A stretch of 64,000 nt of DNA, taken from NCBI RefSeq assembly GCF_011745625.1, contig NW_027191468.1:496001-560000 (forward strand), in the 5' to 3' direction. This document shows, one piece after another, positions 24,201 through 33,153 of the stretch. The notes beneath the pieces are model-generated. The model did no database searches. It was not told where the DNA came from and worked only from the letters and a program-made list of their open reading frames with translations. Both the position numbers and the translations under genes were made by a program. Origin of the DNA: Cladosporium halotolerans. Taxonomy: Eukaryota. The stretch's first letter is position 1; each line of letters opens with the position of its first letter.

Positions 24201-26502
24201 GTGGTGGTTCGTCCAGAAGACCATCGAGACCTCTGGCATTGGTCTTTTCGGCATGTTCAACTGGACTAGAATCCTCTACTACCGTCTCCTCGGTGCCAAG
24301 ATTGGCAAGAATGTCCAGATTGTCCTCGGCGCGAAGCTCGGTGAATACGATCTGATCAACATCGGCGACAACGTCGTGCTCGAGCGCTGCAAGGTCCGTC
24401 CTTTCGCTGCTGAGCGCAACACCTCCATGTACCTTGGACGCATTGACATCGGTGCCAACTGCTCTGTCGGTGTCGCCTCCAGCGTCGCTGCTGGTGCCAA
24501 CCTCCCTGAGAACACCTGCATCGGTCCGAACTCCTCCAGCTGGGAGATGTCTGGCGCCGATGAGTCGAACCGCGACCTGAACCAGTCCATGATCCCGAGG
24601 GGTCACTGGCTCCTCAACTGGACCATCGGTCTTCCCCTTGCCATTATCATCATCTTCTGCGGCTGCATTCCTTGGCTCGCTGCTCTCGTTGGTATGGTCT
24701 ACGGAAAGCCTGGTGGCAACCACCCTGACAACCTCCGCACCGTCCTCATTTGGTTCTCTGAGCCCGAGCGAGTTGGTTTCCACTACCTCGCCATGGCTGC
24801 TCACTCTGGCGTTGGTCCGTACTTCTTCTTCTTCGCCTTCCTCTTCGTCAAGACTTTCTTCGACGCCTGCATGGGTGTCCAGAAGGGTGGCTCTTGGCAG
24901 GGACAGTCCAACATGGCCAAGTTCCGTCGCGATTTCATGAACACTATGATGCCTGCTTCTCAGTTCCACAGGCTCACTGAGCTGTTTGGCACCCACTACG
25001 AGTCCACTTCGATCTTCGCGAGGATGCTCGGAGCCAAGATTGGCAAGCGTGTCTACTGGCCTGGCACTGGTCCGACCATCCAGGACTGGGACCTCATTGA
25101 GATTGGCAACGACGTCGTTTTCGGCTCGCGTTCTCACCTTGTCACGACTGACGCTCACGGTAGCGACAAGGTCAAGATCAACAGCGGTGCCATGGTTGCT
25201 GACCGTGTTGTCCTCCTCCCCGGTGTTGAGATGGGCGAGAAGACTGTCATGGGCAGTGGTGCGCTCACTCGTCGCAATGGCTACTACGCTGATGGCTCCA
25301 CCTGGGTCGGCTCCAAGAACGGCGAGGCTGTCTGCCTGTCCTCACCCGACTCCGCCTCCACCGCTACCTCGCCTTCCCTTGGCCGCAGGACTGAGATGTA
25401 CTACGACCTGAAGAAGGCCAACCCCCCGATCCCGACCACCAGCCTCAACTCTTCCAGCACTACCCTCGTCAAGCAGACTCCCATCGACTCTGAGCAGTCC
25501 AGCCTGTACGCCGTCGAGGAGGGCCACGAGCTCAAGTTCTTCTCCAACGCCGACCTCAAGGATGCTCAGCGCGCCAACGCCTACCGCATGTCCGCCATGG
25601 TTCGCGACATTCCTGATGACGACCCTACCACTCCCGCCGAGGACGAGTCCTCCTCTCCTTTCGGTCGCGCCTTTTACCAGGGCCAAGCTTCCTACCACGT
25701 CTGGGGCCAGTTCTTCATCTTCTGCTACTCGACTCTCATCATCATCGCTGTCGCTGTCTACTGGAACATCGGCTCTATTGGTGCCGTCCAGGTTGTCGGT
25801 AACCTCGTGCGCCGCGACGACTACTCCGAGTACGTGATGGCCGTCGCTCCCGAGCGTCCTGTCATCCTGTACTTCATCTTCTGTGCCCTCATCATGGGTA
25901 TCATGGGCGCTCAGACCATCATCGCTCTCCTCGCCATCATTGCAGTCAAGTGGATTCTCATGGGCCGCCGCACCCAGGGCAACTACGACTGGGACAAGTC
26001 CCCCTACTGCCAGCGCTGGCAACTCTTCCTCAAGTTCGAGTCCTTCCGCCGCACCTGCTACGGCGGCCACGGCATCCTCGGCCTGCTTACCGGCACCGCC
26101 TGGGTGCCGATGTACTTCCGCTGCCTCGGCGCCGAGATTGGCCTGGACTGCTCCATCTTCTCCTCTGGCACTCCCTCGCTCTACTTCACTGAGCCCGACC
26201 TGCTCAACCTCGGCAACCGCGTCTGCGTCGACGACGCCTCGCTCGTCGGCCACATCAACACCCGCGGCAAATTCGACCTCAACCCGCTGTACGTCGGTGA
26301 CCGCTCCGTGCTGCGCTCCGGCTCGCGTCTGCTGTCCGGCGCCCGCATGGAGCCTGACACCTGCCTGCTCGAGCACACGCTCGTCATGGCCGGCGACATC
26401 GTCGACCAGGGCTCCACCTCCCAGGGCTGGCCCGCCGAGGAGTTCAAGGGCAACCGCATGCCCACGCTCAAGGCGCAGAAGCACTGGGTCATCGCGGAGT
26501 GA
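21256..26502 (+). CDS. Membrane-bound NRPS-like polymer synthetase (A - T - 3x TM/left-handed beta-helix); Pls / poly(malic acid) synthetase-like
   Basis: Intronless 1748-aa ORF with strongly C/T-ending codons. A motifs FTSGTSGTKK, MPLNHVGG, SYGMTE, WFDTGDMG, GRSKEVINRGGE. Carrier site DFFDLGGDSM (Ser codon 23710-23712). Three C-terminal repeats with LGAKIG/LGAEIG hexapeptide runs and KW..IG/MG..G.Y.W motifs between hydrophobic helices. Confidence 0.88.
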   Translation: MANAVGQIEAFALASSLPHSNDLTKYFSFTQQAVASGSPDRTQLLAQIPRSSVPSYGPLSTLSALLSTLPGSWPILRLQQTYTELWKQLPSEAKAGKAPEAAKKLLDLVLRQCKDSYSSMTDLFHPEVTSTAMINPEDGQHLTHHELASCVADFRLPVTAIPGQSKPVVAISLPNGPTLALTVLATASYYTAAPVAHGSGVGAEQFKSDVLQSQTNLVLAAPADVDRLGLRDQWLADASIEVLLVELTADMKLQLRDTNGNPRHDSHFWPQPAPNSADDIGIMLFTSGTSGTKKLVPLFTHSLVCGAAMVIDSWGLSPSMRCLNQMPLNHVGGLVRNLFAPVMSAGSVICCAAYDANLFWDCVEDHAPTWYYASPSMHQGILEAGADRPETVAKSTIRLICNAAGGLLPSLAHQLKDTFSVSAPTTVLPSYGMTECMPISTPPLNYKLDRTGTSGVSVGPEIAILDGNDCYIEDETVGRIAVRGSPVFNGYLKNNKLDTTCFNEEGWFDTGDMGYLDADGFLYITGRSKEVINRGGELISPFEVEEAVVAAGANPDSPVYGRITKALAFSVTHDVLQEVVGIAVVTPEGAPRADLRGLTEAVKGTLSSVKIPVFIVFMDEGVPTNNNKVLRIKLADRLDLPTISDSTPASERYYEADCPPNNTPLKEPIASRPLQVSHEELEETAKQVLPADVDVHVREDESGFYPQLVLAPTTDSSYPGTVGDISADMLILKLSESLPGYLTPKRVHQLQEPLPRSRQGSVDTIAVEKLVNVKPVKSSGATGLSPSEEKIADAFSSILAIPMGDLDGTSDFFDLGGDSMKAGRLLSALRKEFKVRLAIDALFTNKTVSGLANIIDAKIGDEKKGASATATAVEPEPLPGLDVTCSSTNPFLMLLQLVPIGILYPMKRALTWTVFMYCMSYTQNLSTNSSVPGRLLDLVVSIAIGKCVTKIVAPSISIAVKWIVIGKHKEGLYPMWGSYHTRWWFVQKTIETSGIGLFGMFNWTRILYYRLLGAKIGKNVQIVLGAKLGEYDLINIGDNVVLERCKVRPFAAERNTSMYLGRIDIGANCSVGVASSVAAGANLPENTCIGPNSSSWEMSGADESNRDLNQSMIPRGHWLLNWTIGLPLAIIIIFCGCIPWLAALVGMVYGKPGGNHPDNLRTVLIWFSEPERVGFHYLAMAAHSGVGPYFFFFAFLFVKTFFDACMGVQKGGSWQGQSNMAKFRRDFMNTMMPASQFHRLTELFGTHYESTSIFARMLGAKIGKRVYWPGTGPTIQDWDLIEIGNDVVFGSRSHLVTTDAHGSDKVKINSGAMVADRVVLLPGVEMGEKTVMGSGALTRRNGYYADGSTWVGSKNGEAVCLSSPDSASTATSPSLGRRTEMYYDLKKANPPIPTTSLNSSSTTLVKQTPIDSEQSSLYAVEEGHELKFFSNADLKDAQRANAYRMSAMVRDIPDDDPTTPAEDESSSPFGRAFYQGQASYHVWGQFFIFCYSTLIIIAVAVYWNIGSIGAVQVVGNLVRRDDYSEYVMAVAPERPVILYFIFCALIMGIMGAQTIIALLAIIAVKWILMGRRTQGNYDWDKSPYCQRWQLFLKFESFRRTCYGGHGILGLLTGTAWVPMYFRCLGAEIGLDCSIFSSGTPSLYFTEPDLLNLGNRVCVDDASLVGHINTRGKFDLNPLYVGDRSVLRSGSRLLSGARMEPDTCLLEHTLVMAGDIVDQGSTSQGWPAEEFKGNRMPTLKAQKHWVIAE

Positions 26503-27151
26503 AAGAAAGCTCGCCAATCAACCTCATACCCGTGGACCTTGTCAGTTCGCTTTGCTTTACGCTGCTGCTTTGCTCTCGATCGTTCAAGCCCCAGCAACAA
26601 GCTCTGTTTTTCTCTCTGCCTTTAAGAGACTTCTTTCGTACCATTTTCTCTTCGTCTCTTTCTTTCTTCTATACCTCTTTCTTGTCTTTTCTGAATTACT
26701 CGGGATACCCAACCGACAACGCGCTTTCTCTTCCCCTCGCCTCGCCTCTCAGAGGGGAGGCTGGGGGGAAGCAAGAAAATACACAAAAAGCGTTCTCGAC
26801 CGCGCTCGCATTCGTTCTTGCATACACGCACATATACATACGTTCGCTGTTTTGATAATCGGGGACCGGTCTGGGAGGCGTTCCTGCTTGCTTTTTATAT
26901 TTTTTGCGATCATGACCAAATAGAGGAGGTGGGAAAACGCGTCTAGGGGAATCAACAACAACAACGATGTATGTTGTCGCGGCGTGCGTCGCCGTCGTTT
27001 CTACTATTACTACCTTTTCTTACTACTACTACCATCTCTTTTCGTTCTTTTCTTCATGTCGTCCTTAGGTACTTTAATCGCTAGTCCGCGTCGGCCGATA
27101 GGCCCAGATGCACAAACATATTGTACATATCTCATCCATCGAACAATATCA

Positions 27152-27169
27152 CATCATCATCATCATCAT
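27152..27169 (+). repeat. (CAT)6 microsatellite
   Basis: catcatcatcatcatcat seen directly. Confidence 0.75.
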
Positions 27170-28104
27170 GAAACAAACACCCTCGCCCCGTCATACATAC
27201 ATCCTCAACAACCAATCCCTGCGCACGCGCGTCGCCTCTTCGTCCCAGGGAGACGCACGACGCACTCTCACCTTGGCGCGTCGCCGGGAGGTCGACTTAA
27301 GCTCGCCGCGCGTGGCGCTCGCAAACTTCCAGCCCGCCCCTCGCTTCCGCACGCCTGGGTGGTTGCGCAACGCGCTTACCTCCGCCCCTCGTATTTTCTT
27401 TACCTTGGCTTTTTAGGCGAGAGCGTTTCGTGTTCTCGCTTGCTGCCGGTAGGGCGTAGGGCGGGAAGGGGGTTTCTGGGTTCTTGGGATTTTTCTTTTT
27501 TCGGGACGGAGTCGGTGGCGCCGCGGGATGGGGGCTCGTCCCGTGTTCTCGGTCGTGCCGACTGCCCGTATTTTCGCTCGTGTTCTTTTCTTGGATAGGT
27601 GGATGGGTGGATGGATTTTGACTAAATACGCGAGACGAGGGTAGGGTTCGGGTTGTGTTCCGTTTTCTTTATTTGGAGGCGGGAGACGGTACAGACGTAT
27701 TTGATGGTGGTGGGTTTGGTGGAGGGTATTGATGGTCAGGCGTCATTATGCGATTCGCGTGCCTTGACCGAGTTTGATGTGGTCGAACGAGTGATGTTTG
27801 CGTGAATGTGAGTGAGTTCATTGCGGAATCGTTATTTACACGTTATATCGTCTTGACGTTGCTATGCTCCTGCTTCTCCATCTTAGGATGCCTCTTGAAT
27901 GCCTTCCAACTACGCCACCTCTCAACGCCACTCCTTACTACTGCTACACTTACGGCGCCGCCATAGCATCCAAAGCCCAAACCTTCTAGGTTGAAGACGT
28001 TGAGATGTAATCCTTTGTAAAACGCCTCGCTCTGCAAACCCACACGATCGCCAAATCATTCATAAAGCCCACAGGCCCCTTTCACATCATCGTCAACTTG
28101 ACTC

Positions 28105-29173
28105 TTACGCAGGCGCCTCATACGGCTTGACGAGCATCTCGCTGAACTTGGAGATGCTCTCGGTGCCGCGGACCTCGTCGACGAGCAGCGGCATCTTGAC
28201 GACGTGGAAGTCCTCGCCGTACAGGTCGTCGATCTGCTCCAGGTATTTGCGCTGCATCTTGCGGCGGCTGTTGCACTGCGCGCACGGGTTGTCGGCGCTG
28301 GGGAACAGCAGCTGGTTGACGACCATGGCGTGCGTGTCGATCTCGTAGCTGCCCAGCTCTTGGATCATGCGCTCGGTTTCGTAGAGGGAGAGGAATTCGG
28401 GGATCAAGACAGGGATGAAGCTGTTGTTGGGAGAGTTAGTGATGTTTGTCAAGGGGTATGTGCTCGATGTTAACTTACGTCGTCAGGTCGGCGTCCTTGA
28501 ATTGCTTGTTCACCTCGCCGATAGTCGCGCGCAGGTCCTCCATCTTCTTCAGCACGTCGTCCAGGCTCTGGCCGTTGGGCAGGCCGCCGCGCGCGCCCAG
28601 CACGGAGTTCAGCATGGGCCCGAACTGCTGGCTGAGCTGGCTAAGCTTCTCCAGCGCCTTCTCCATGACGGTGGGGAACTGTAGGAAGCGCAGCGTGTGG
28701 CCGGTGGGCGCGGTGTCGAAGATGACCACCTCGTACTCCATGCCCTTGACCTGCTTGAGCACCTCGGCGAAGCTCATCGCCTCGTCCACACCGGGGATGC
28801 TGAACGCCATGTCCTGGAACATGTTGCCCACGCCGCCCAGGCCCTGCATGGCTTCCTGCGCGTCGTCGCCGCCGGCCGAGATCAGGTCCTGGATCGAGCC
28901 GTTCGGGTCGATCTCCATCGCGGCCAGGTTTTCCACGCCGGGCACGGGCCTGGCGTCTTTGCCGAACTTGACGCCAAAGGCGTCACTCAGGTTGTGCGCG
29001 GGGTCGGTCGAGATGAGCAGGACGGACTTGCGGGCGCGCGCCATCTGCACGGCGAGCGAGCACGAGGTGGTGGTCTTGCCGACACCGCCCTTGCCGCCGA
29101 CGAAGACCCATTTGAGCGTCTTCTGGTCGAGGATGGGCTGGAGCGAGGGCGCGAGAGCGTCTGCGTCGGCCAT
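28105..29173 (-). CDS. GET3: ATPase Get3/Asna1 (tail-anchored protein targeting); intron 28478-28421
   Basis: [11 protein letters not shown]-loop, [39 protein letters not shown] and CxxC (CAQC). Intron is GTAAGT..ACTAAC..CAG. Confidence 0.97.
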
Positions 29174-29578
29174 GGTTGGAGGGGTAGTCTGTTCTTGTGT
29201 TGTGTAGTCGTGTCTAGCAGTGTATGTGTGCGAGGGAGGGTGATAAGTGTTGGCGATACCGTAAGTGGAGAGAGAGATTGAAGCGTGCGAGAGGGTGTTT
29301 CGCTGCCTAGAAGGTTGGACGAGGGCGGGTGGTCAAGTGGGATAGAGTTGGCTGCACGTGGCTTTGACGATTTGGAGCAGCAGCCCACGCGGCGACGTCA
29401 GATGGAGGGCGCTGTGAGACCCTTCACGCGCCACGGCCCTCGAGCTTGCACCGCCACATGTGGCTGCGATTTTTCTGCTGCGAAGCCCGACCAGCCGAGA
29501 ACTTTTGGCTGCTCGTTCATGTGATCCTGCCACGACAAACACCACCCACACCCACTCTCCACCACAAATACACACACA

Positions 29579-31210
29579 ATGGCTGCCGAAGTGCAGCCCG
29601 TGGCGCCGGTGCGTGCGGCGCCTGGCCCTGCGCCTCTGACCGCCGACCAGGCCTACTGGCGCACCTTCAAATCGCAGCTGCTCGTTCCCTCGCCGCACAA
29701 CAGCGCAATCACCTCTATTACCATCGGCGCCAACGACACTTTCGCTGTCACTTCCGGCGGCCGGGTCCAGATCTTCAGCTCTCGCACCCGGAAATTAATA
29801 AAGACTATCTCGCGATTTGGCGTGGACGATGTGGCCCGCTCTGGTGTTCTCAGACGCGATGGCAGGATTGTGCTGGCTGGCGGAGAATCTGGTGTCATCC
29901 AGGCATTCGACACGGGCAGCAGAGCTATCTTGAAGCAGTTCATGCGCGAGGAGAAGAGGAGGCAGGCCGTGCATGTTGTCAGCTGGAGGCCGGATGTCTT
30001 GACCGAGTTCATGACATGTAGCGACGATCGGACGGTCAAAGTTTGGGATCTCACCGAGGACGAGCCCAAGTTCACTGGTCTTGGACACGAGGACTACGTG
30101 AGAGCTGGATGCTGGCTACCTGGCCAGGAGGGAATGTTGGTGACGGGCAGCTACGATCAGACCGTCCGTGTCTGGGACACTCGACAAGCAGGCCGAGCGG
30201 TCATGGTGTTCAAGGTCGCCGGTGCTGTCGAGGACGTCCTTGCCCTCTCATCCTCCACTGTCGCCGTCGCCGCCAGCAACACCGTCTCCATCCTCAACCT
30301 TATCTCCGGCAAGGCTGAGGTTATCCTGCGCTCCCACCAGAAGACCGTCACAGCCCTCTCCCTCGCACAGAACAACACCCGCCTCTTGACCGCCGCTCTC
30401 GACGGCCACGTTAAAATCCACTCCACCACCAGCTGGGAAGTTGTCGCCTCCGCAAAATACACCGCCCCCATCCTCTCCCTCTCGACTGTCCCCTCTACCA
30501 CCGGCGACTCCAATGACCGCCATCTCGTCGTCGGCCTGCAAACCGGCCTCCTCAGCATCAAAACCCGCCTCGCCGGCGCCGAGAAAGTCAAGTCTCGCGA
30601 GAAGGAACAGCGCATGCAGGCGCTCCTCGCGGGCACGGCGGACGAGTACGAGCGCAAGCAGCGCAAGAAGGACACGCGCCAGGGCATCCGCGCGCGCGAC
30701 CGCGGCAAGGACTTCCGCGGCGAGGGCGCCGACATCGTCATCACGGGCAATGAGCGCGGCGCGAAGCCCAAGAAGCTAAGGCCCTGGCAGCAGAGCCTGC
30801 GCAAGGGCGCGTACGCGCACGCGCTTGATCTTGTCCTCACGCCTCCCGACGGCCCGGATTACTACTCCAACGAGGACGTGCTCACTTGCTTGACTGCGCT
30901 GCGTCACCGCTCGGCGCTGCGCACGGCGCTCGCGAATCGCTCTGAGGAGCAGCTGGCGCCTGTGCTGGAGTGGGTGCTGAAGTACATCAACCACCCGAGG
31001 CTCATGAGTCTGACGACCGACGTTGCGCTCGTCGTGCTGGACCTGTACAGCTACAAGATGGGTGGCTGGGCAGAAGATGCTGCAGGCGACGAGGGTAGGA
31101 GGGTGTTGTCGCTTGTGGAGAGGATAGGGAAGAGGGTGAGACGAGGCTGCGAGTTGGCCCAGCAGGCGGAGGGCGTCATTGGCGTTTTGGAATTGCTCGG
31201 TGAGGGTTGA
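29579..31210 (+). CDS. UTP15: U3 snoRNA-associated WD40 protein Utp15
   Basis: YWRTFK start, WD repeats (SDDRTVKVWD, HEDYVRAG, GSYDQTVRVWD), SRAILK, and UTP15 C-terminal region (LRHRSALRTALANR). Divergent from GET3. Confidence 0.93.
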   Translation: MAAEVQPVAPVRAAPGPAPLTADQAYWRTFKSQLLVPSPHNSAITSITIGANDTFAVTSGGRVQIFSSRTRKLIKTISRFGVDDVARSGVLRRDGRIVLAGGESGVIQAFDTGSRAILKQFMREEKRRQAVHVVSWRPDVLTEFMTCSDDRTVKVWDLTEDEPKFTGLGHEDYVRAGCWLPGQEGMLVTGSYDQTVRVWDTRQAGRAVMVFKVAGAVEDVLALSSSTVAVAASNTVSILNLISGKAEVILRSHQKTVTALSLAQNNTRLLTAALDGHVKIHSTTSWEVVASAKYTAPILSLSTVPSTTGDSNDRHLVVGLQTGLLSIKTRLAGAEKVKSREKEQRMQALLAGTADEYERKQRKKDTRQGIRARDRGKDFRGEGADIVITGNERGAKPKKLRPWQQSLRKGAYAHALDLVLTPPDGPDYYSNEDVLTCLTALRHRSALRTALANRSEEQLAPVLEWVLKYINHPRLMSLTTDVALVVLDLYSYKMGGWAEDAAGDEGRRVLSLVERIGKRVRRGCELAQQAEGVIGVLELLGEG

Positions 31211-31898
31211 AGAGACCGATGCTACTTTTCATCCTTCCTGTCGTTCGTCCGCCTGGGTTGGTGGATTCCGTCCAGGAGGCGCTACTGGGGACCTGAAGAT
31301 GGATGCGATTGAGCTCTCTCAAGCTTCAATTCCACGGTGCAGTGATTCATGAAATCAAAGAAGGGGTTAGTGAGCTCGAGCACTGCAAGGTCGCTATCCA
31401 AGCGGCCGGGGGGGTTCGTCTCATTCATCGGAAGACCACGCACTCTTAGCCGGCTCATCGCTTGCGTCGCGCAGGCGCTGCTTATTGAAGGCACGCGGAC
31501 ATGCTATCAGCCTGTATAATTTACACGGATGTCCTCCCAACCTCTCTAGAAGGGTACAATGGCACTTCGCCAGGGTTGCGAATGTTGTTCATACATAATG
31601 TCTCAACTTGCATAATAGAGACGAGTTGGGACCAAAGATACCATTGTAAAACCACAGTTTCATTGTTTTCTAGTCAATTCTGCATCGCTCGAACCTCTCA
31701 TGCAAGCAAGTCCTCAGTTCTTCCTCCTACTTCACGGCAAATTTCACGCCATTCCTGAAGCCGGCTTCGTCGGTACCCGTCCAAGCCCTGGTTTCAGTCC
31801 GTCTCAACGCTCGTGCAAAACGGAGAAATGCCGCGTACTCGCCCCTTGTGGACTTTGTGAAGACAAAAAGAAAAGGTAAAAGAGATGCGTTGTTCTCA

Positions 31899-31981
31899 AG
31901 CTTCCTCCCGTGATCGAAACAGGGACCTTAGGATGTCTTGCATGGCTGCAATCCCACGCTCTACCACTGAGCTAAAGAAGC
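31899..31981 (-). tRNA. tRNA-Cys(GCA) with an 11-nt intron
   Basis: Reverse complement folds as a cloverleaf: acceptor GCTTCTT/AGGAAGC, D arm GCTCAGTGGTAGAGC, anticodon stem TGGGA/TCCTA with TT-GCA-G[intron]A, T loop TTCGATC. Downstream T-runs fit a Pol III terminator. Confidence 0.92.
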
Positions 31982-32485
31982 TGAATTGTCATGCTTAGAT
32001 AAGCTTCATTGTTTATATATACTCACAACATTTTCCAGGGCATGATAACCTGTAAGGTTCGCTGCCAAATAAGGGTAAATACCTACCCAAGGAACTGCAC
32101 TAGGGTAAGGTAAGGGTAGCGTACACGAGCAAGTTACATCTGACAATCGATTTGCTTTCGAATGAATCTTTCTCTTTTTAGTAGCATTACCATCTTGTTT
32201 GCTTGATGGATCACACTTCAAAACCGCCTTTAGACGTAAATCACTTCCTTGGACCAAAACGTCGTTGTAAGCGCGTCTGCCTCGGCTTCGATCACATCTA
32301 TCAGACCGGTATCGGCGCGTGTTGGAGTTGAGTTCAATTGCCCCTCAATGTGTCCGCTTCGCAGGTTTTATATTGACACCAATGTACGAAATATACTGAT
32401 CAAAACATAAGCCATTTCGTATCAACTGTATCAGCTTCGGTAGTAACTACTTTCCGTCGCGCGAAACGATCAAGCATTGTCAATT

Positions 32486-33127
32486 ATGCCTCCACCCGTG
32501 TTCTCCGTCAAAGCCCTCGACCATGTCGTGCTGACCGTGAGATCAATCCCGGCGGCTGTCGCTTTCTATACAAATCGCCTGGGCATGAAACATGAGACGT
32601 TCGTCTCTGGCGTTGGAGAAGAGCGGTATGATACCGTACCTCAACCCTACTCAACCCAACTATACCCTGCCTTATCTTCCTGGGCGATTAACCATAGCTA
32701 GTCGACGATCGACAGTATCGCTGACGATAGTAAAGCCATGCGCTCAAATTTGGCGCACAGAAGATCAACTTGCACCTCTCTGGAGCGGAGTTCGAACCTA
32801 AGGCTGCGAAGGTGCAGCCCGGGAGTGCGGATTTGTGTTTCATTACGGAGCACAGGATTGATGATGTGTTGAGCGGGTGGAAGGAGGCCGGCATTGAGGT
32901 CAGTGGTCTCCGAGGCGAAATGGCGCATTTGGCTGACTCAATTGATACAGGTGCTGGAGGGATCGAAAGTGGTGGAGCGTACAGGTGCGGTGGGGAAGCT
33001 GCGCTCTGTCTACTGTCGCGATCCGGACGGCAATCTGATCGAGTGAGTTGGTGCTCGTGTTGTCGCCAGTAGAAAAGGGAAGGAATGCTAACGAGAATGC
33101 ATTTACAGGGTCTCTAACTATGTGTGA
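32486..33127 (+). CDS. Glyoxalase/VOC-family protein (GLOD5-like), 137 aa; introns 32626-32735, 32899-32950, 33043-33108
   Basis: Spliced product LDHVVLTV...FY...LGM...ALKFGAQKINLH...EFEPKA...PGSADLCF...[26 protein letters not shown]; exon lengths sum to 414 nt. Confidence 0.92.
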
Positions 33128-33153
33128 TCTTACAAGTCTGCGTCCATCATCCG

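Noticed and set aside
21937..26517. Long antisense ORFs (531, 459, 391 aa) opposite the NRPS-like gene, and similar ones opposite NOP14, OSH3 and creB
   Set aside because: Shadow ORFs produced by strong C-ending codon bias of the sense gene.
21256..31210. Secondary-metabolite gene cluster around the NRPS-like gene
   Set aside because: Flanking genes are housekeeping (OSBPs, GET3, UTP15); no tailoring enzymes, transporter or cluster regulator nearby.
32626..32735. Stwintron or hidden micro-exon in the first glyoxalase intron (internal TTAAC..CATAG; final acceptor is AAG)
   Set aside because: Two-step models give poor donors, the wrong frame or a too-short second intron. A single intron with CTGAC branch and AAG acceptor restores the conserved protein.
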